In this document: in pieces, positions 30,108 through 48,581 of the stretch
Layout: each line of letters begins with the position of its first letter
Numbering within the stretch: the stretch's first letter is position 1
NCBI RefSeq assembly: GCF_009914755.1
Contig: NC_060928.1
Reading direction: 5' to 3' (one strand)
Length of the DNA: 64,000 bases
Origin: the human T2T-CHM13v2.0 reference genome, Homo sapiens
Notes under the pieces: model-generated
What the model was told of the DNA's origin: nothing
Database searches by the model: none
What the model saw: only the letters and a program-made list of their open reading frames with translations
Program-made: the position numbers and the translations under genes

Positions 30108-30400
30108 TGCCTGGGCATGGTGGCTCATGCCTGCAATCCCAGCACTTTGGGAAGCTGAAGCAGGAGGATTGCTTGAGCCCAGGAGTTCAAGACCAGCCTG
30201 GGAAACATGGCAAGACCCTGCCTCTACAAAAAATAAAATTAGCCAGGTGTGGTTGCACAGGCCTGTAGTCCCAGCCACTTGGGAGGCTGAGGTGGGAGGA
30301 TTGCTTGAGCCCAGAAGTTAGAGGCTGCAGTCACCCGTGACTACACCTGTGCACTGCAGCCTAGGTGACAGAGTAAGACCCTGTCTCAAAAGAAAAAAAA
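30108..30400 (+). mobile_element. Alu (AluJ-type)
   Basis: ggattgcttgagccc in both arms; followed by aaaaaagacctatct. Confidence 0.93.
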
Positions 30401-31874
30401 GACCTATCTCATAGGATTTAAGCAAAGACTAAATGAGATTTTATGTGCCACATACAAAATAAGGATCTAAGAAATGAATGTTCTTTTCCATGCCGCTAGT
30501 AACCCTGTCCAAAAAATGAAGTCTTGTTTGGTCAGCTGTGATCTGGGCTTCATGTCCTCATGCAGGCACCTGGTGGTCATCACTTTGTCTAGGAGTTTGG
30601 AGATGCTGCTTTTCATAATCCAATCTGGAATTCTAAAGATTACTCAAAGTGTACTTATTGGTTTCTTACTGGAAGAATTTCTGTTTTCCTTTTTAAAGTC
30701 TTCAGACTGCTGTAGTCCCCTCATTGTTTTAATGAAATGAGTTACGTAATTGTGAAACTCTCAGATTTGAGCCTCTGTTTTGTGTGAGGCAGCATCTTGT
30801 CAATTTTGGAGACTGAAAAACTGTCATTTTTTATTCCATAATATTGCATGCAATTCTTCAATCACCCTTGAATTTTTGGTTTCACTAGAAATTTAATGGC
30901 TCTGTATGATGACCACATATATATAAAAATCTCCTGCCTTTCTGTAGCTCTAACTTCTTCCCCCTTTTTTGCATTTTAATAATTGTATATGTGGTAAGAC
31001 ATACCCAAATATGACAAGTTTAATGTGAATATTTATATCTTGAATATCTTGAAAATGTTTATATAGTTTGGAGGCAACCCATTTGTTTATGTTTTATACT
31101 CTAGCAAAACCGTGATCTGTCTTTGTAAATTCAGAAGCTAATACTAAAATAGGTTCACTTACGGAGACAGGAGTTTTATGTCTAAGGAAGAAGGGCTCTC
31201 TAAGCATTTTTTGTTCAGTGGTTCAATAGTCTATCTGTAATAGACACTCTTAGAAGAACTGGGTTCTTAGAGTTGGAATATTAAAGGTAATAATGAGAAT
31301 AAACTCTAAAGAACACTCATGCCCCCTAGAGGATTGGGGGAGTGGAGGTGGTGTAGTTTCAGCAATACCCTCTTCTATGATAGGTGTTGATCAAAACCCA
31401 AAGGGTAAAAGGATAGCATGTAAAAACACTTTAGGACCCTCACAGGAGTTCATCCAAGTGGAATATCCACAGGTATAGACAGAGATACTTATTTTCTTCT
31501 TTTTCTTCTTTGGTGGGACTCAGTAAAATTAAACAAGTGCTGAGAAAGACACACGTTTAACACCAGTGTAGACTCTTTGTATTTATTCCTAGTAGTTCCA
31601 GAGATGTAACATCTTATCTCCTTTTCTTTTATTCACCAATTTATTAGCCCTAATTTTTATTTCTCTCTGCCTCCTCTAAATTTATTCTATCTTCCCCACT
31701 GCCTCCTATCTTCCAGCCCATCTAGAAACCTTTTCTATCCAAACAAATGGAGACACCTCTGGCCACCTTACTCTAAAATATCTCATCTCTTTCCTGTTCA
31801 ATTTAAGGAACTATTTGTTGAGTTAAATACCCTGATTAAACCATTCCAAAGGCAGGGTTAAAATATTTTTGCTG

Positions 31875-32191
<317 letters not shown>

Positions 32192-33055
32192 TTACTATTC
32201 TGTTTAAGATGGGGTTGACACAATCAGGGAAATGCAGGGATTCTTACCTTTCACTTGGTTGAATCCAGTGCAGCTAAACTAGGAGTGATGAAGGGAAGTG
32301 TAAAGAAATTTTGGTTCAATGTTTAAGTTATTCTTTCAGATCTGCCCTAGTTGTCACTACATGATAGAATGGAAGTAACCCTTTATTTTCTCTTTTTATT
32401 CTAGATAATTATCCATTTGATATTATTTGGTTGAGTCATCTAAGCAACTACAAGTGTTCATAATGTTAGGTAGTAATGACATTCTTGTTTTAATCATCGA
32501 AGTGCCTTCTCTCCCTTTTGATCTCTGCTGACTTACCCTCCATTTAGACATGAAACAACAAATGCCATTTCTTTACCCACCATTGTGTTATAGCCTCTTT
32601 GATCTTTGGGCTAGATTGGAGAATCAGAATCAAATTTACACAGCAGTTCCTCTTGCCAAGAAAACCACTGTTTCTTTCCTAAGTAATTGTGTTCCTTTGC
32701 TCTAAAGAGATGAAATCTGAATCTTCATCATTTATAAACTTAGAAGAATAAAAGGAGCATATAAAGTCTAAAGTCCCCATCATGCAAAGTCCCATCCTGC
32801 TACTAGAAAATTTAAAAATACATATGTGGTTCACATTATATTTCTATCAGACAGCACTAATATAGAGAGATAAAATAAGAAGGCTAAAGCATAACCTATG
32901 AGAATATAACTTTTTGGGTTTTCTAAGATATAGACGCTGATTTCTCACTTTTCCTTCCAGAAGTCTATGTACATACATGCACACATATAACACATGTGGA
33001 CTCAGACTACACTCATTGTTCCTTACCTTAATTTGTTTAATAGCATGTCTGAGAG

Positions 33056-33359
33056 TTTTTGTTGTTGTTGTTGTTTTCGAGACAGAGTCTCGCTCTGTCA
33101 CCCAGGCTGGAGTGAGGTGGCGCGACCTTGGCTAACTGCAACCTTCATCTCCCGGGTTCAAGTGATTCTCCTGCCTCAGCCTCCTGAGTAGCTGGAATTA
33201 TAGGCACCCACCACCACACCCAGCTAATTTTTGTATTTTTAGTAGAGATGGGGTTTCACCACCTTGGCCACACTGGTCTCGAACTCCTGACCTCAAGTTA
33301 TCCACCCACCTCGGCCTCCCAAAGTGCTGGGATTACAGGTGTGAGCCACCGCGCCCGGC
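33056..33359 (-). mobile_element. Alu (AluSx-type)
   Basis: Antisense dimer with (GTT)n tail. Confidence 0.95.
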
Positions 33360-34555
33360 GAAGAGTTCTTTCATAAAAACACATAGATCTGCTTCCCTCC
33401 AACACGTCAAGCCTGGGTGCCAGGGAGAACTGTGGTTCTTATAGTTTCCCTGACTTAACATACATTCCTTCCTGCTGTTTCCTCACCTGGGGTGGTCCTT
33501 CGCCTTCCTTGTCTGCTGTGGCGTCATCAAGTTTTCACTTCACATGCATTCTGAGATGGCCTAATTGAATTCTCCCAAGTATATTAAAATGAAGACTCAA
33601 TACCACACTCTTTAAAGAGATACAGTAGACATGTTTGTCCCTGCAATGTGACTGAGACATACTTGAGGGCAAGAGCTACGTCTTATTTGTGTTTGTTTGC
33701 CATGTGCCTAGAATACCGTCAGGCACATAGTGGGTGCTTGGGCAGTGTTTGTAGAATTAGGAAATAAATAAGTGAATGAGTGAAGCACTTCTTTATACGT
33801 AGTCTAGAAAATTAAGCTATAGAAAGAAAAGTAAAGGTACAAGACCTGTATCTCATGGCAAATAGACATTTAAATACACACCACAGTCTACTCAAGAACA
33901 GGAATAAAATTTAAAATACGGTATATGATTGATAGAAATCAAATGCTTTTCCCCTATTTTAAAATATGATAAAAAGTGGAGCCATTTAATCATTATGATT
34001 GCCCTATAATAATGCTAGACTTTTAAAATTAATGTATCCAATAGATATTCATTGAATATTTATTATGCACCAAGAAGTGTGTTGCCCCTGAGTACACAAT
34101 GGTGAATAAAACAGATGTGACTCCCGCCCAAGGAGAACTTAATTCTCGTAAAGTTTAATGCTAGATGCCAGGCAATTTTGATATTATGATCTATAACAAT
34201 GACAGTGATGGCTTCCCTACAGTGACTGCTTGCTGTGTGCTACACTCTACAGTAAACCCTTTACCTACCTTATTTTACTTAATACATCTTCCAAAAATGC
34301 CATTAGGAGTTGTCGAGTTGTCATTTTTTGGACATTTTTTAATGTATAAGGAATCTGAAGTTTAAGGAAATGAAATCCATCTGTGCTATTCCAGGTGTGT
34401 TTAAAGCAAGCAATGGAAGTAGGTCATTCTTCTGAGTCATAATCCAGTGATCTTTCACCAGATCACACCGCCTCTTCAGCAGGGAACTGTGACCCCAGTT
34501 TAGGGGATCCTAGACTATTTTTGGTGGTGATCTCTTTTAAGAATAAGGATTTTAA

Positions 34556-34886
<331 letters not shown>

Positions 34887-35076
34887 TCAGCAGCAGATAA
34901 TGGATGTGACAAAGCCAGTTTTCCAAGACAGAAGTTCATTGTGATATATGAGTAGCTGTGTACCCGTTTGAACCTTCAGGTAAATGTTGACCAAAACAGT
35001 GTTTATCTTCATGTTCTGTAGTGGTTTAAACTTTGACTCTATACTGTACTTCTATTTCTGTACTTGTTTCAAACAG

Positions 35077-35245
35077 ACAAAAATTGGATCAGGAAAGCTG
35101 ATGGGACCCAAAGGAGTTTCTGTGGACCGCAATGGGCACATTATTGTTGTGGACAACAAGGCGTGCTGCGTGTTTATCTTCCAGCCAAACGGGAAAATAG
35201 TCACCAGGTTTGGTAGCCGAGGAAATGGGGACAGGCAGTTTGCAG
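35077..35245 (+). CDS. TRIM2: TRIM2 coding exon: NHL repeat ([56 protein letters not shown])
   Basis: ttcaaacag|ACA ... GCA G|gtacac, 169 nt, phase 0->1. Confidence 0.96.
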
Positions 35246-35887
35246 GTACACTCGATGGTAATATGTAAACCCCCTTTTTTATGCTTCTTCTGCTCACATT
35301 TGCATGATGTTGGAGCATGTTGAAGACACCGCATCCCTAGTGTGTTTGCTGGCTTTGGGAAAGATGCTGGGGATAAAATCTAAGCAAAAGCATGTTTCGT
35401 TGCTTGAGCCTTAGTCACCGCCACCCACCCGGCAGTAAGTTGAGCTGCAGTCCTTGTGTGGTTTTTACTGGTGGCAGTTCACAACTCAGAAGTCTAGCTT
35501 TGAAATATTCATATTAAATAAGGTATAAATTTTAAAATAAAAATATTTGAAAAACAAGGAATAACTACTGTTTCAGCCTAGCTGTAACTTTACTTAAAAA
35601 GCCACTGAATGAGAATTTTTTTTCACCTTTCTAGGTTATTGTAAGAGAACAGGAGTCTAGAATATTTGCTAGGTTTAAGGAGGGCAGTCTGTTTTACGTC
35701 TCTTTGGTGTAGCACTTTGCAATCACAAGCTTATTTAGGTTTTTGCATTTGCAAGAAGAGGCTGAAAATAGCTTATTAATTTTCTTTTTGAAAGGATGCT
35801 TTTGGCACTTAGTATTAATTTGCATAATATTTGTTTATGCTTTGTCTCCAGTTCTGCCAAGTTTCTGAATGTCACCCAGAATTATAG

Positions 35888-36085
<198 letters not shown>

Positions 36086-36506
36086 TAAAAATTACATATT
36101 GGAGTCTCTTTTCCAATGCTGAGTTGCCACGTCTTTCCTTGGTGGGAGCTGAGGGCTCTAAAATGACTAACAGATACTCAGGGAAGCTGGCAGATGTGAC
36201 TTTTAGATGGTGGCACGGAGAATGAATTCCGATGCTTACTGCTCCTCCCACTTCATTAGGGCTGCTAGAACTCCCAGCCTGCTTGAGAAAGAGTCAGAAT
36301 AGACTGGCGCAAGTAGAGAATAATATAGGATCCATGTTATCTGCAACTGGAGGTCTGGCTGAATGATCTTTCAAAGACTGAGTCTATGATTCTTTGTACT
36401 TTCTTAAATAACTAAGTTAATATATTAAGTTTGTTTGTTACAGTAACTGCTATATGTAATCACTTTTGTTGTAGTCATCACATATTTTTTTCCATCTTTA
36501 TTGCAG

Positions 36507-36577
36507 GTCCCCATTTTGCAGCTGTAAATAGCAATAATGAGATTATTATTACAGATTTCCATAATCATTCTGTCAAG
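36507..36577 (+). CDS. TRIM2: TRIM2 coding exon: NHL repeat ([24 protein letters not shown])
   Basis: ttattgcag|GT CCC ... GTC AAG|gtacta, 71 nt, phase 1->0. Confidence 0.96.
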
Positions 36578-39127
36578 GTACTACAAGCACATGAGTTGTT
36601 GTTAACTTTTAACTGCTTTTATGGAGAAATTGGTCTGCGAGAAAATAATGCAATACTTACATATGGCACCAAAGGGAGTTAACCAGCAGAGTAGACTTTG
36701 TTCTGCTCAAAGATGCCGGTTTTAACTTGGACTTACAGACCTTGGAAAGTCAGGAAATTGAATAAAATGTGGTGGCAATAAGTTGCTTAATTTGAAACTG
36801 GTGCAAATGAAGAGGACTTGAAAATTAAATTTTAAAAAGCAATTCGTTGAACTTAGAGGCAGAACTTTCTGAAGCTTAATGTTTTGTGGCTAGTCAATAA
36901 ATTAAAATCACTTTTTCAATTTTCCGCATCTTTTTGTTAAAAAAAAAATTAGATGTTCGACTCTGTTACAACAACAGACAGCATGGGGAGGGGGATAATC
37001 CTAGCATACATTCATACAGTATATTTTATACTTCTTAGAATGCTTTCACACATTTGGTGTTCTTTAGAAAACAGTGACCTATAGTATATCTTTCTTACTA
37101 GGTACCAGGGGAGAGAGAATTGAACTTTATTATGAGAAAATCAGGAAATAATAAAATGGTTCAAAACACATTACTCACTTACTGAAATGATGAGGAAATA
37201 TTTAGTAATATCCTAGATCAGGCTTCTCAAGGTGTGATGCATGTTCCACTGAAGGTATGATCCGTGGCCATAGGCAGTACACTGGTGGATATTTTTATTT
37301 TAAGTTATGCATTTATTTTAGGGCTACCTTTTGTTTACATCAAGTGATGCTGTTTTGCACTTACAGACATAATAAAGTTTTTCTTTTAAATACATTAATC
37401 TAAATTTTAAAAGGTGAGTCATTTTAAAGGAAAAATGATAAGGAAACAGCAGAGGATGGTATGCCAGTGAGTAAAGTTTGCACTTAGAAACAATGACTGA
37501 GCAACCAAAATTAATAATGACTTATCAGTGCTAATGACTGCGATAGCTAGATAAGGGGTAGGTTTTTTAACACCCAAAGGTACTCTCTGTGATGTCCTTT
37601 CTGCATCCTGGAGAGCCTCTAACCTGAGTAAATGGAGAGGGCTTGGATCTTTTTGATGGGTGCCAAGTCCCTGTGCAGACAGTAGCGCACAGTGGGCTGC
37701 GGAAATGGGGTCAGGATAAGGGAACAGGGTGCCCACCGTTGCTTTTTTCTGAAACTGCTCCCTGCCATATTGTCTCTCCAGAGATGCTCACATGGTGGCA
37801 TAGGTCCCCCCTACACTCAAATGCAGATAATCTGCATTCTCTGCTGAAACTACTGTCCATGGGAAGTGTCTTGGTAAAAGGAATAGGATAGTGGAAAAAG
37901 TTGGTAGCCAAAGAAGGACGGAAGTAGAGAGCAAAGAGGCAGCAGTAACCGGGCTGGGGACTGCCTCCCCAAGAGTTATAACAGTGCTGGAGAATGAGCA
38001 CAACTGTCAAAGGATAACACAGGTTGTTCTCATACTTCCTACTCTCACTCACTTTGTAGAGGAATCATTCATATAACTACAGGGCATTCAGCAAGAAGGA
38101 AACCCATATGAGATCCTAATAGTACAAAGGCCAGCAAATGCTTGCATAGGTTCTGCCCACTCCCAGCTGAAAGACAGTCATAATTAATCAAGTGGCTCTT
38201 TTCTACTAAGCGCAACTGTGATCTCAGAGCCTTTCCTGTCCAGTGCTCCAGGCAACCTCTAAGAATCAACTGGCATTGGTATGTGGGACGGCTCCTATTT
38301 ACCAGTCCTGGCTGACACTGTAGAAAGAATTAAAACATATGTAAGTAGCCAAAATGCAAGGCAGGTAGCACTAAATAGTTTCATAAAATAGGTACATATA
38401 AAGTTTCCTAACTTTCCAAAAGAAAAGAGAAGATTTCCTTAATTAAGATGATCAGAGGAGACTTCCAAGTGGAGATGGTATTTGACATGAGCAGAATTTT
38501 GAAATCAGGAAAGGGCTATCATCAAGGTGATTTTTTTAAAAAACTTGCTTTAAATATTTATTGTAAAAAGCAAAGCTGTAAAAACTATTTAAGCTGATAC
38601 TTCTGCCTCTTAATTTGTTTTCATGTGAATAATTTTTAAGTAATTAAATGGCATTTTAGTCGGGAAAAATAGAAAATATGAAACATTTATAATTCTTAAT
38701 ATTCTGAAAACTCTTCAAGTTTTCAGCATGGTAGAAGTAGATTATTTTAGCTATTTATTTAAACTCAATTTTCTTCTTGTTTTAAAAAACCATAGCCTTT
38801 CGTTGTTGTTTCTCTTCTTTTTGACAACTATTGCCAAATAAGTTTTATGGAATACTTGGGTTTTTCTTCCCCATGTAATGCTGGGCAGTTAGCAATAGTT
38901 CTGAATTCAGGTCACTTCTCTGTTGATAAGTGTAAAATGCATATCTATAGGTCAGTGCTAACAAGGGGTCTAGTTAGCTTCTTAGCTATCTGCAGAATAT
39001 ATTTTCTTTTCATCACAAAACAAGTAAGACTAGATTTGGCATCCTTCATTATCCCAAAATGAAGCAAAACTACTTGAGTCATTTGGATTATGCCCAGGAA
39101 AACATATTGACTCAGAAAGATAAACAA

Positions 39128-39430
39128 GGCTGGGCGCAGTGGCTCACGCCTGTAATCCCAGCACTCTGGGACGCCAAGGCGGACAGCTCACCTGAGGTCA
39201 GGAGTTCGAGACCCGCCTAGCCAACAGGGCGAAACCTCGTCTCCAGTAAAAATACAAAAATTAGCCGGGCGTGGTGGTGGGCGCCTGTAACCCCAGGCCC
39301 TCAGGAGGTTGAGGCAGGAGAATTGCTTGAACCAGGAAGTGGAGGTTGCGGTGAGCCAAGATTGTGCCACTGCATTCCAGCCTGGGTGACAGAATAAGAC
39401 TCCATCTCAAAAAAAAAAAAAAAAAAGAAA
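39128..39430 (+). mobile_element. Alu (AluSx-type)
   Basis: Full dimer; AGAAAGATAAACAA on both flanks. Confidence 0.95.
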
Positions 39431-40958
39431 GAAAGATAAACAAAATGACTATTTGTAGGGCTTAGTAAGGGAAAAAAATAGAGAATAATAAATTGTGTCC
39501 AGCATAAACATGTTCCCACTGGTCTTTAAAACTACAATGTGTTATGTAAAAGGAGACAAAAAGAGTCAGAAAAAAAATTTAAATATGGCATCTTAGTAAA
39601 AGCTGGTTGTTCTTGCCCTGGTCCTTTCTAAAGAACCACAAAGGTGGCTTGCTTTCTTGGCAAGTACGTAATGAATTCAGGAAGTAGCCATGACTCTTTC
39701 TTTTTTATCGTAATGTGAGTTTAGCCTGTAGAGATGGAAGTGTCCTACTTTCCCAAGGTACTTACCTAAAAGTAATGGTCATTTTGATCTTCTGTAATCA
39801 GAGATGACAACAGGTGGCTCTCTAAAAGGTCTTGAGATCATCCCCAAATGAAGATCTGTACTCAAATATAGTGAGCTCTTTCAGTTCTACATTTGAGGAA
39901 ACCTTACTCTCAAAGTGCCTTTTACATAATACTTTCAGATTTGTCAATGAATATTTCTATGCATCTAGGCATCATGACAATGGAAGTTAAAAATAATGTC
40001 CTGGAGACATTTCAAAACCATTAGGTATCATCTGAATCATCAAGATACAATTATGCTTACTATAGTGTTATCATTAAACATTAACATTTACTTTTTTCAA
40101 AATCAGTGATCTGTATTGATACATATTTAGTAGCACTCTATTAATAAGAATATGTAATTAACCACAGCACTCCACTGCTTGACCATATCAGATGTTAGAG
40201 AATTTGCTTAAGAGTTCTGTTTAGCCCCCTACTTCTAACAGCTTCCCGTCTCTCTACTGAGAGATAAAAGAGTAATAGAAAATAGAGTAATAGAAACTAC
40301 TTTTATATTCATCAAAGCCTTAGGATCATATAAACTCTCGAACTAAAATATCTTCTGAGGGTAAATAAAAAAGCCCTTCTCTTATTTCTCACCTGCTGCT
40401 ACCACACATGTGCACACACACATGCAATGAATTTCTCCCATTCTAAGTATGGAGTCCAGCCTACTCTTTCTAGTTATGTTGATGTAGTAAAATGATAATA
40501 AATTCTGAGCATCTGGCATAACAAAAAACTCCTACTCTCTGATCCAACTTTTAATGGTCATCCATCCTGTTAGAAATATAAATATAATGCCCATTCTTGA
40601 AATTTAGCAATTTCTTTAAAGGTGGGAAGAATAATATTATTGAAAATTATAGCACTTCTTACTCATACTTACTTGTACAGTATTTTATAACAAAGGTATC
40701 ATTCACATAAGGATTTAATAACCAGATATAAGCCAAAAAAAGTGATGATTTAACAAATGATAAATCAGATTTATACAGTAATTTGGGGAACCACAATGAT
40801 ATGCAGTCTGTCTTGTAGATTTCATTTTCTTTTTTTAGAATGTCTTAAATGATAAGTCTTGTTATAAATAACCTGCTCAAATAGATATTTTTTTAATCCA
40901 TCATGTTGGTTCAAGTATTTTGATGTAAAACAAAATAATTTAAAAATATTTCATACAG

Positions 40959-41099
40959 GTGTTTAATCAGGAAGGAGAATTCATGTTGAAGTTTGGCTCA
41001 AATGGAGAAGGAAATGGGCAGTTTAATGCTCCAACAGGTGTAGCAGTGGATTCAAATGGAAACATCATTGTGGCCGACTGGGGAAACAGCAGGATCCAG
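40959..41099 (+). CDS. TRIM2: TRIM2 coding exon: NHL repeat ([47 protein letters not shown])
   Basis: ttcatacag|GTG ... ATC CAG|gtagat, 141 nt, phase 0->0. Confidence 0.96.
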
Positions 41100-41284
41100 G
41101 TAGATCAATGTGCTAATGTATATGGTTAGAGTGTTTGGTATTTGTTAAAAGTGAAGAATTTGCTGTCCCCCAAACTGGAATGTTTTCTCTTTTCCATTGG
41201 TTAGGACATAGAACCATAGATACTCTCACCAGAAGGACCAAACTCAGCAAGATGGAGTAGAAAAAATGTTACCAGACTGAAACC

Positions 41285-41722
41285 CTCTAAATTGGGGTTT
41301 TAATATGGACCCCACAGACCCCCACAAAGGGTCTGAAGATAGAATTCAAGGGGGCCATTGAATAAAAATACTACATTATTATATTTATGAACCTCTGGCT
41401 GAAAATTATCATTTCCCTTAATCATGAATATAAGCAACAATCATAGTAATTTTAGTAATGCCTATGACTTTGTCACCAAGAAAAATCACAGAAATTTTCA
41501 TATCATATTGTTGCAAAAATCTTGAATTGTCACTTATTCTCATCACTACTTCAAAATTACAGTAATTATTAGACCCATTACTATTTCTTATTATTTAATG
41601 TGCTAATTTTTAGAAGCACACACATATTGCTCTATCATAATTTAGTAATATTTCAATAGCTATATTTTAATATGGTTTTTTACAATCCCATGTGTTTTGT
41701 TTTATGAATTTTAAAACACTAT
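41285..41722. mobile_element. hAT-Charlie fragment (Charlie4-like)
   Basis: AT-rich text resembling the recalled Charlie4 consensus (…gactttgtcaccaagaaaaatcacaga…tcactacttcaaaattacagtaattattagaccc…). Confidence 0.5.
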
Positions 41723-41724
41723 TG

Positions 41725-46018
<4,294 letters not shown>

Positions 46019-46075
46019 ACAGAAGTAACAAAGCAGAAACCGATAGACCAAAAGAAAGTGATTTCACATCCAAAC

Positions 46076-46378
46076 ATATAATCAGCCCCCCGTACCCCCA
46101 AATCTCACATTTGTGAATTCAACCAAATACAGATCAAAAATTTCAGGAAAAATAATTTGTTAAATACAATGATTAAAAATAATACGAATTGTAAAAATAC
46201 ATAATATTATTTACATTATATAGCATGCTCTAGGTATTAGAAGTAATCTAGAGATGATTTAAAATATATGGGGGGATGTGCACAGGTTAGGTGCAAATAC
46301 TAGGCTATTTTATATAAAGGACTTGAGAATCTGAAGATTTTGGTATCAGTCTCCTGGGATACCAGGGGATGGCTTTAC
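46076..46378. mobile_element. TcMar-Tigger MITE (MER2/Tigger3-like)
   Basis: aagtaatctagagatgatttaaa...tgcaaatactag...tttatataaaggacttgag...ttttggtatc, a typical Tigger-MITE core. Confidence 0.75.
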
Positions 46379-46799
46379 CTGTTGAACCATTGACTTCTTA
46401 CAACCCACTCTTTTCTAAAAAGGAAAAAATAATTTCTACTGTCTCATTGCTATTATGACTCAGGAACATTCTTCCATCATCTAGTTGCTGATTTTTCCCC
46501 TTATAAGTGTGGGGGAGGAAAAGGATGTGAGGCTGGAAGTGGAATAAGTGAAGATTTAACATGAACAATAAGCTTCATTCATTTTTAAGCACCATCTAGG
46601 GCCCTTCCCACCCAATATTTGTTGTGACCACTATAGGAATACAAGTGAAAGCTAGCAGCCAATGGCATATTCTTCTCCACCACCTGGAAATAGATGGGGA
46701 GAGGAGAGAAAGCAAGGTAAGTGGAGAGTAGGATTATAGATATGATAGTGACATAAACAAAGACATATCCATAGATGGATAGATGATTACTTAAGTGCT

Positions 46800-47155
46800 T
46801 TTTTGTTTTGCTTTTTTTTTTTTCTGCTTTTTTTTTTTAAGAGACGGGGTCTCGCTATTTTGCTCAGGCTGTTCTTAAACTCCTGGCCTCAAGGGATCCT
46901 CCCACCTTCACCTACCAAAGTACTGGCATTACAGATATAAACCACTGCACCTGGCTTATGCTAATGTTTTAAATATAAAAGCATATATACTGGGCATGGT
47001 GGCTCATGGCTATTATCTTAGCACTTTGGGAGGCTGAATCAGGAGAATCGCTTGAGCCTACGAATTAAAGGTTACAGTAAGCTGTCTTCACACCACGGCA
47101 CACCAGCCTGGGTGTCAGAGTGAGACCCTGTCAAAAAGAAAGAAAGAAACAGAAA
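46800..47155. mobile_element. Two head-to-head Alu monomers (- at ~46800-46955; + at ~46990-47155)
   Basis: Diverged FLAM/FRAM-like monomers in opposite orientation. Confidence 0.85.
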
Positions 47156-47242
47156 AACATTAGCATCAAGAGTTTTCTAACCCATGTTCAGCATATTACT
47201 ATAACTTCTCCTATAACATTCTGACTTCCTATTTGTTTACAG

Positions 47243-47395
47243 GTTTTTGATGGGAGTGGATCATTTTTGTCCTACATTAACACATCTGCTGACCCACTCT
47301 ATGGCCCCCAAGGCCTGGCCCTAACTTCAGATGGTCATGTTGTGGTTGCAGACTCTGGAAATCACTGTTTCAAAGTCTATCGATACTTACAGTAA
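47243..47395 (+). CDS. TRIM2: TRIM2 last coding exon: final NHL repeat ([50 protein letters not shown])
   Basis: ttgtttacag|GTT; TAA at 47393-47395. C-terminus YRYLQ is typical of TRIM2/TRIM3. Confidence 0.97.
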   Translation, partial: VFDGSGSFLSYINTSADPLYGPQGLALTSDGHVVVADSGNHCFKVYRYLQ

Positions 47396-48544
47396 TGGTG
47401 GGCAGGTGGATACCCGCTTCCATGGTCTTGCACTATAAACTGGAATGGATTTCTCAATGCGGGACCAGATTATGACTAGAGTTTTTATGCCAGAAGGAAT
47501 CATTGGTGAACTTTCCAAGGTTATTTCTGAATGTAACAATTTCCTTAAAAATGACTTATCCAATTTCTGTATTTCACCTTTAGGGTTAAAAAAAACTCTT
47601 CTACTGAATCTATAAAAACTGCAGTTTTACATCTGTGAACTATGGCTTAAGGGACAGGATTTATGTAGCTAAACTAATTTTGCAAATCAAACAGACACTT
47701 AAAAAACTAGCATATGTAAAGGTATTCGTTAATCCTGTGAATGGTAGCTTTTGCACAGAACTTCCAAAAGCAAAACAAAAACAAAATCTATTGTAGTTAT
47801 ATACTTCATTTAACCTAGGTCACAAGACCCAGGGAATCTTCTAACCTCACTTTTACAGTAGGTATTACTCTTGTGACATTTTTTTGGTTATCAACAACTA
47901 AATATAAATTACTTTGGAAAAAGTAAGGCTGTCTTGCAAAATGATCCCAGCTCTGATTAGCAGCCCTCTGGAGTTCAGAACTTAAGTATCAGTGCAAATT
48001 TCTCAACCTTTCTGGGTTAGACAAAGATCCTTTTTTGTGTGTTCTTTTCACCACCCCTTTGGCTCACCTTGTATCAGCAAACAAAGTACTTCTTCAGGGA
48101 AACCTGAAATTTCTAATGCCTTGAAAAGCATATTACAAAAGTAATGCTACCTTTTGGGAAACAAACTGCCCCGTTAACTCCAGATCATTGCACTGGAATG
48201 TAATCAAGAAAGTTAGTCATGTTTTATGTACCATGTTTTCACACGTGTCTCTTCTCTTCGACTTCCTGAAAGCGAAAGCTTTACCTCCTGCAAATGTCAG
48301 CACATGTAGTAGGACACCAGTATCCTAGGACAGAGAGCCATAAGTAGCCCTTTGGAGGACTGATGGTGTCAACCAAAGGCATGTGATTGATTAATGATTC
48401 CCCCTTAGAAAGCAAGTGTTACCAAAGTTGTGTTATCTTGAAAGCATTACAGGTAAGGGCATGTTATGGTTATTTATCATTGTTTAATGAATAGTAGAGG
48501 TGTCAAGGGACTATGTATACATGATTAGGGTAAGATAGAATGTA

Positions 48545-48581
48545 TTATATATATATATATATACACACACACATATATATA
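48545..48581. repeat. (TA)n(CA)n(TA)n microsatellite in 3'UTR
   Basis: Read directly. Confidence 0.9.
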
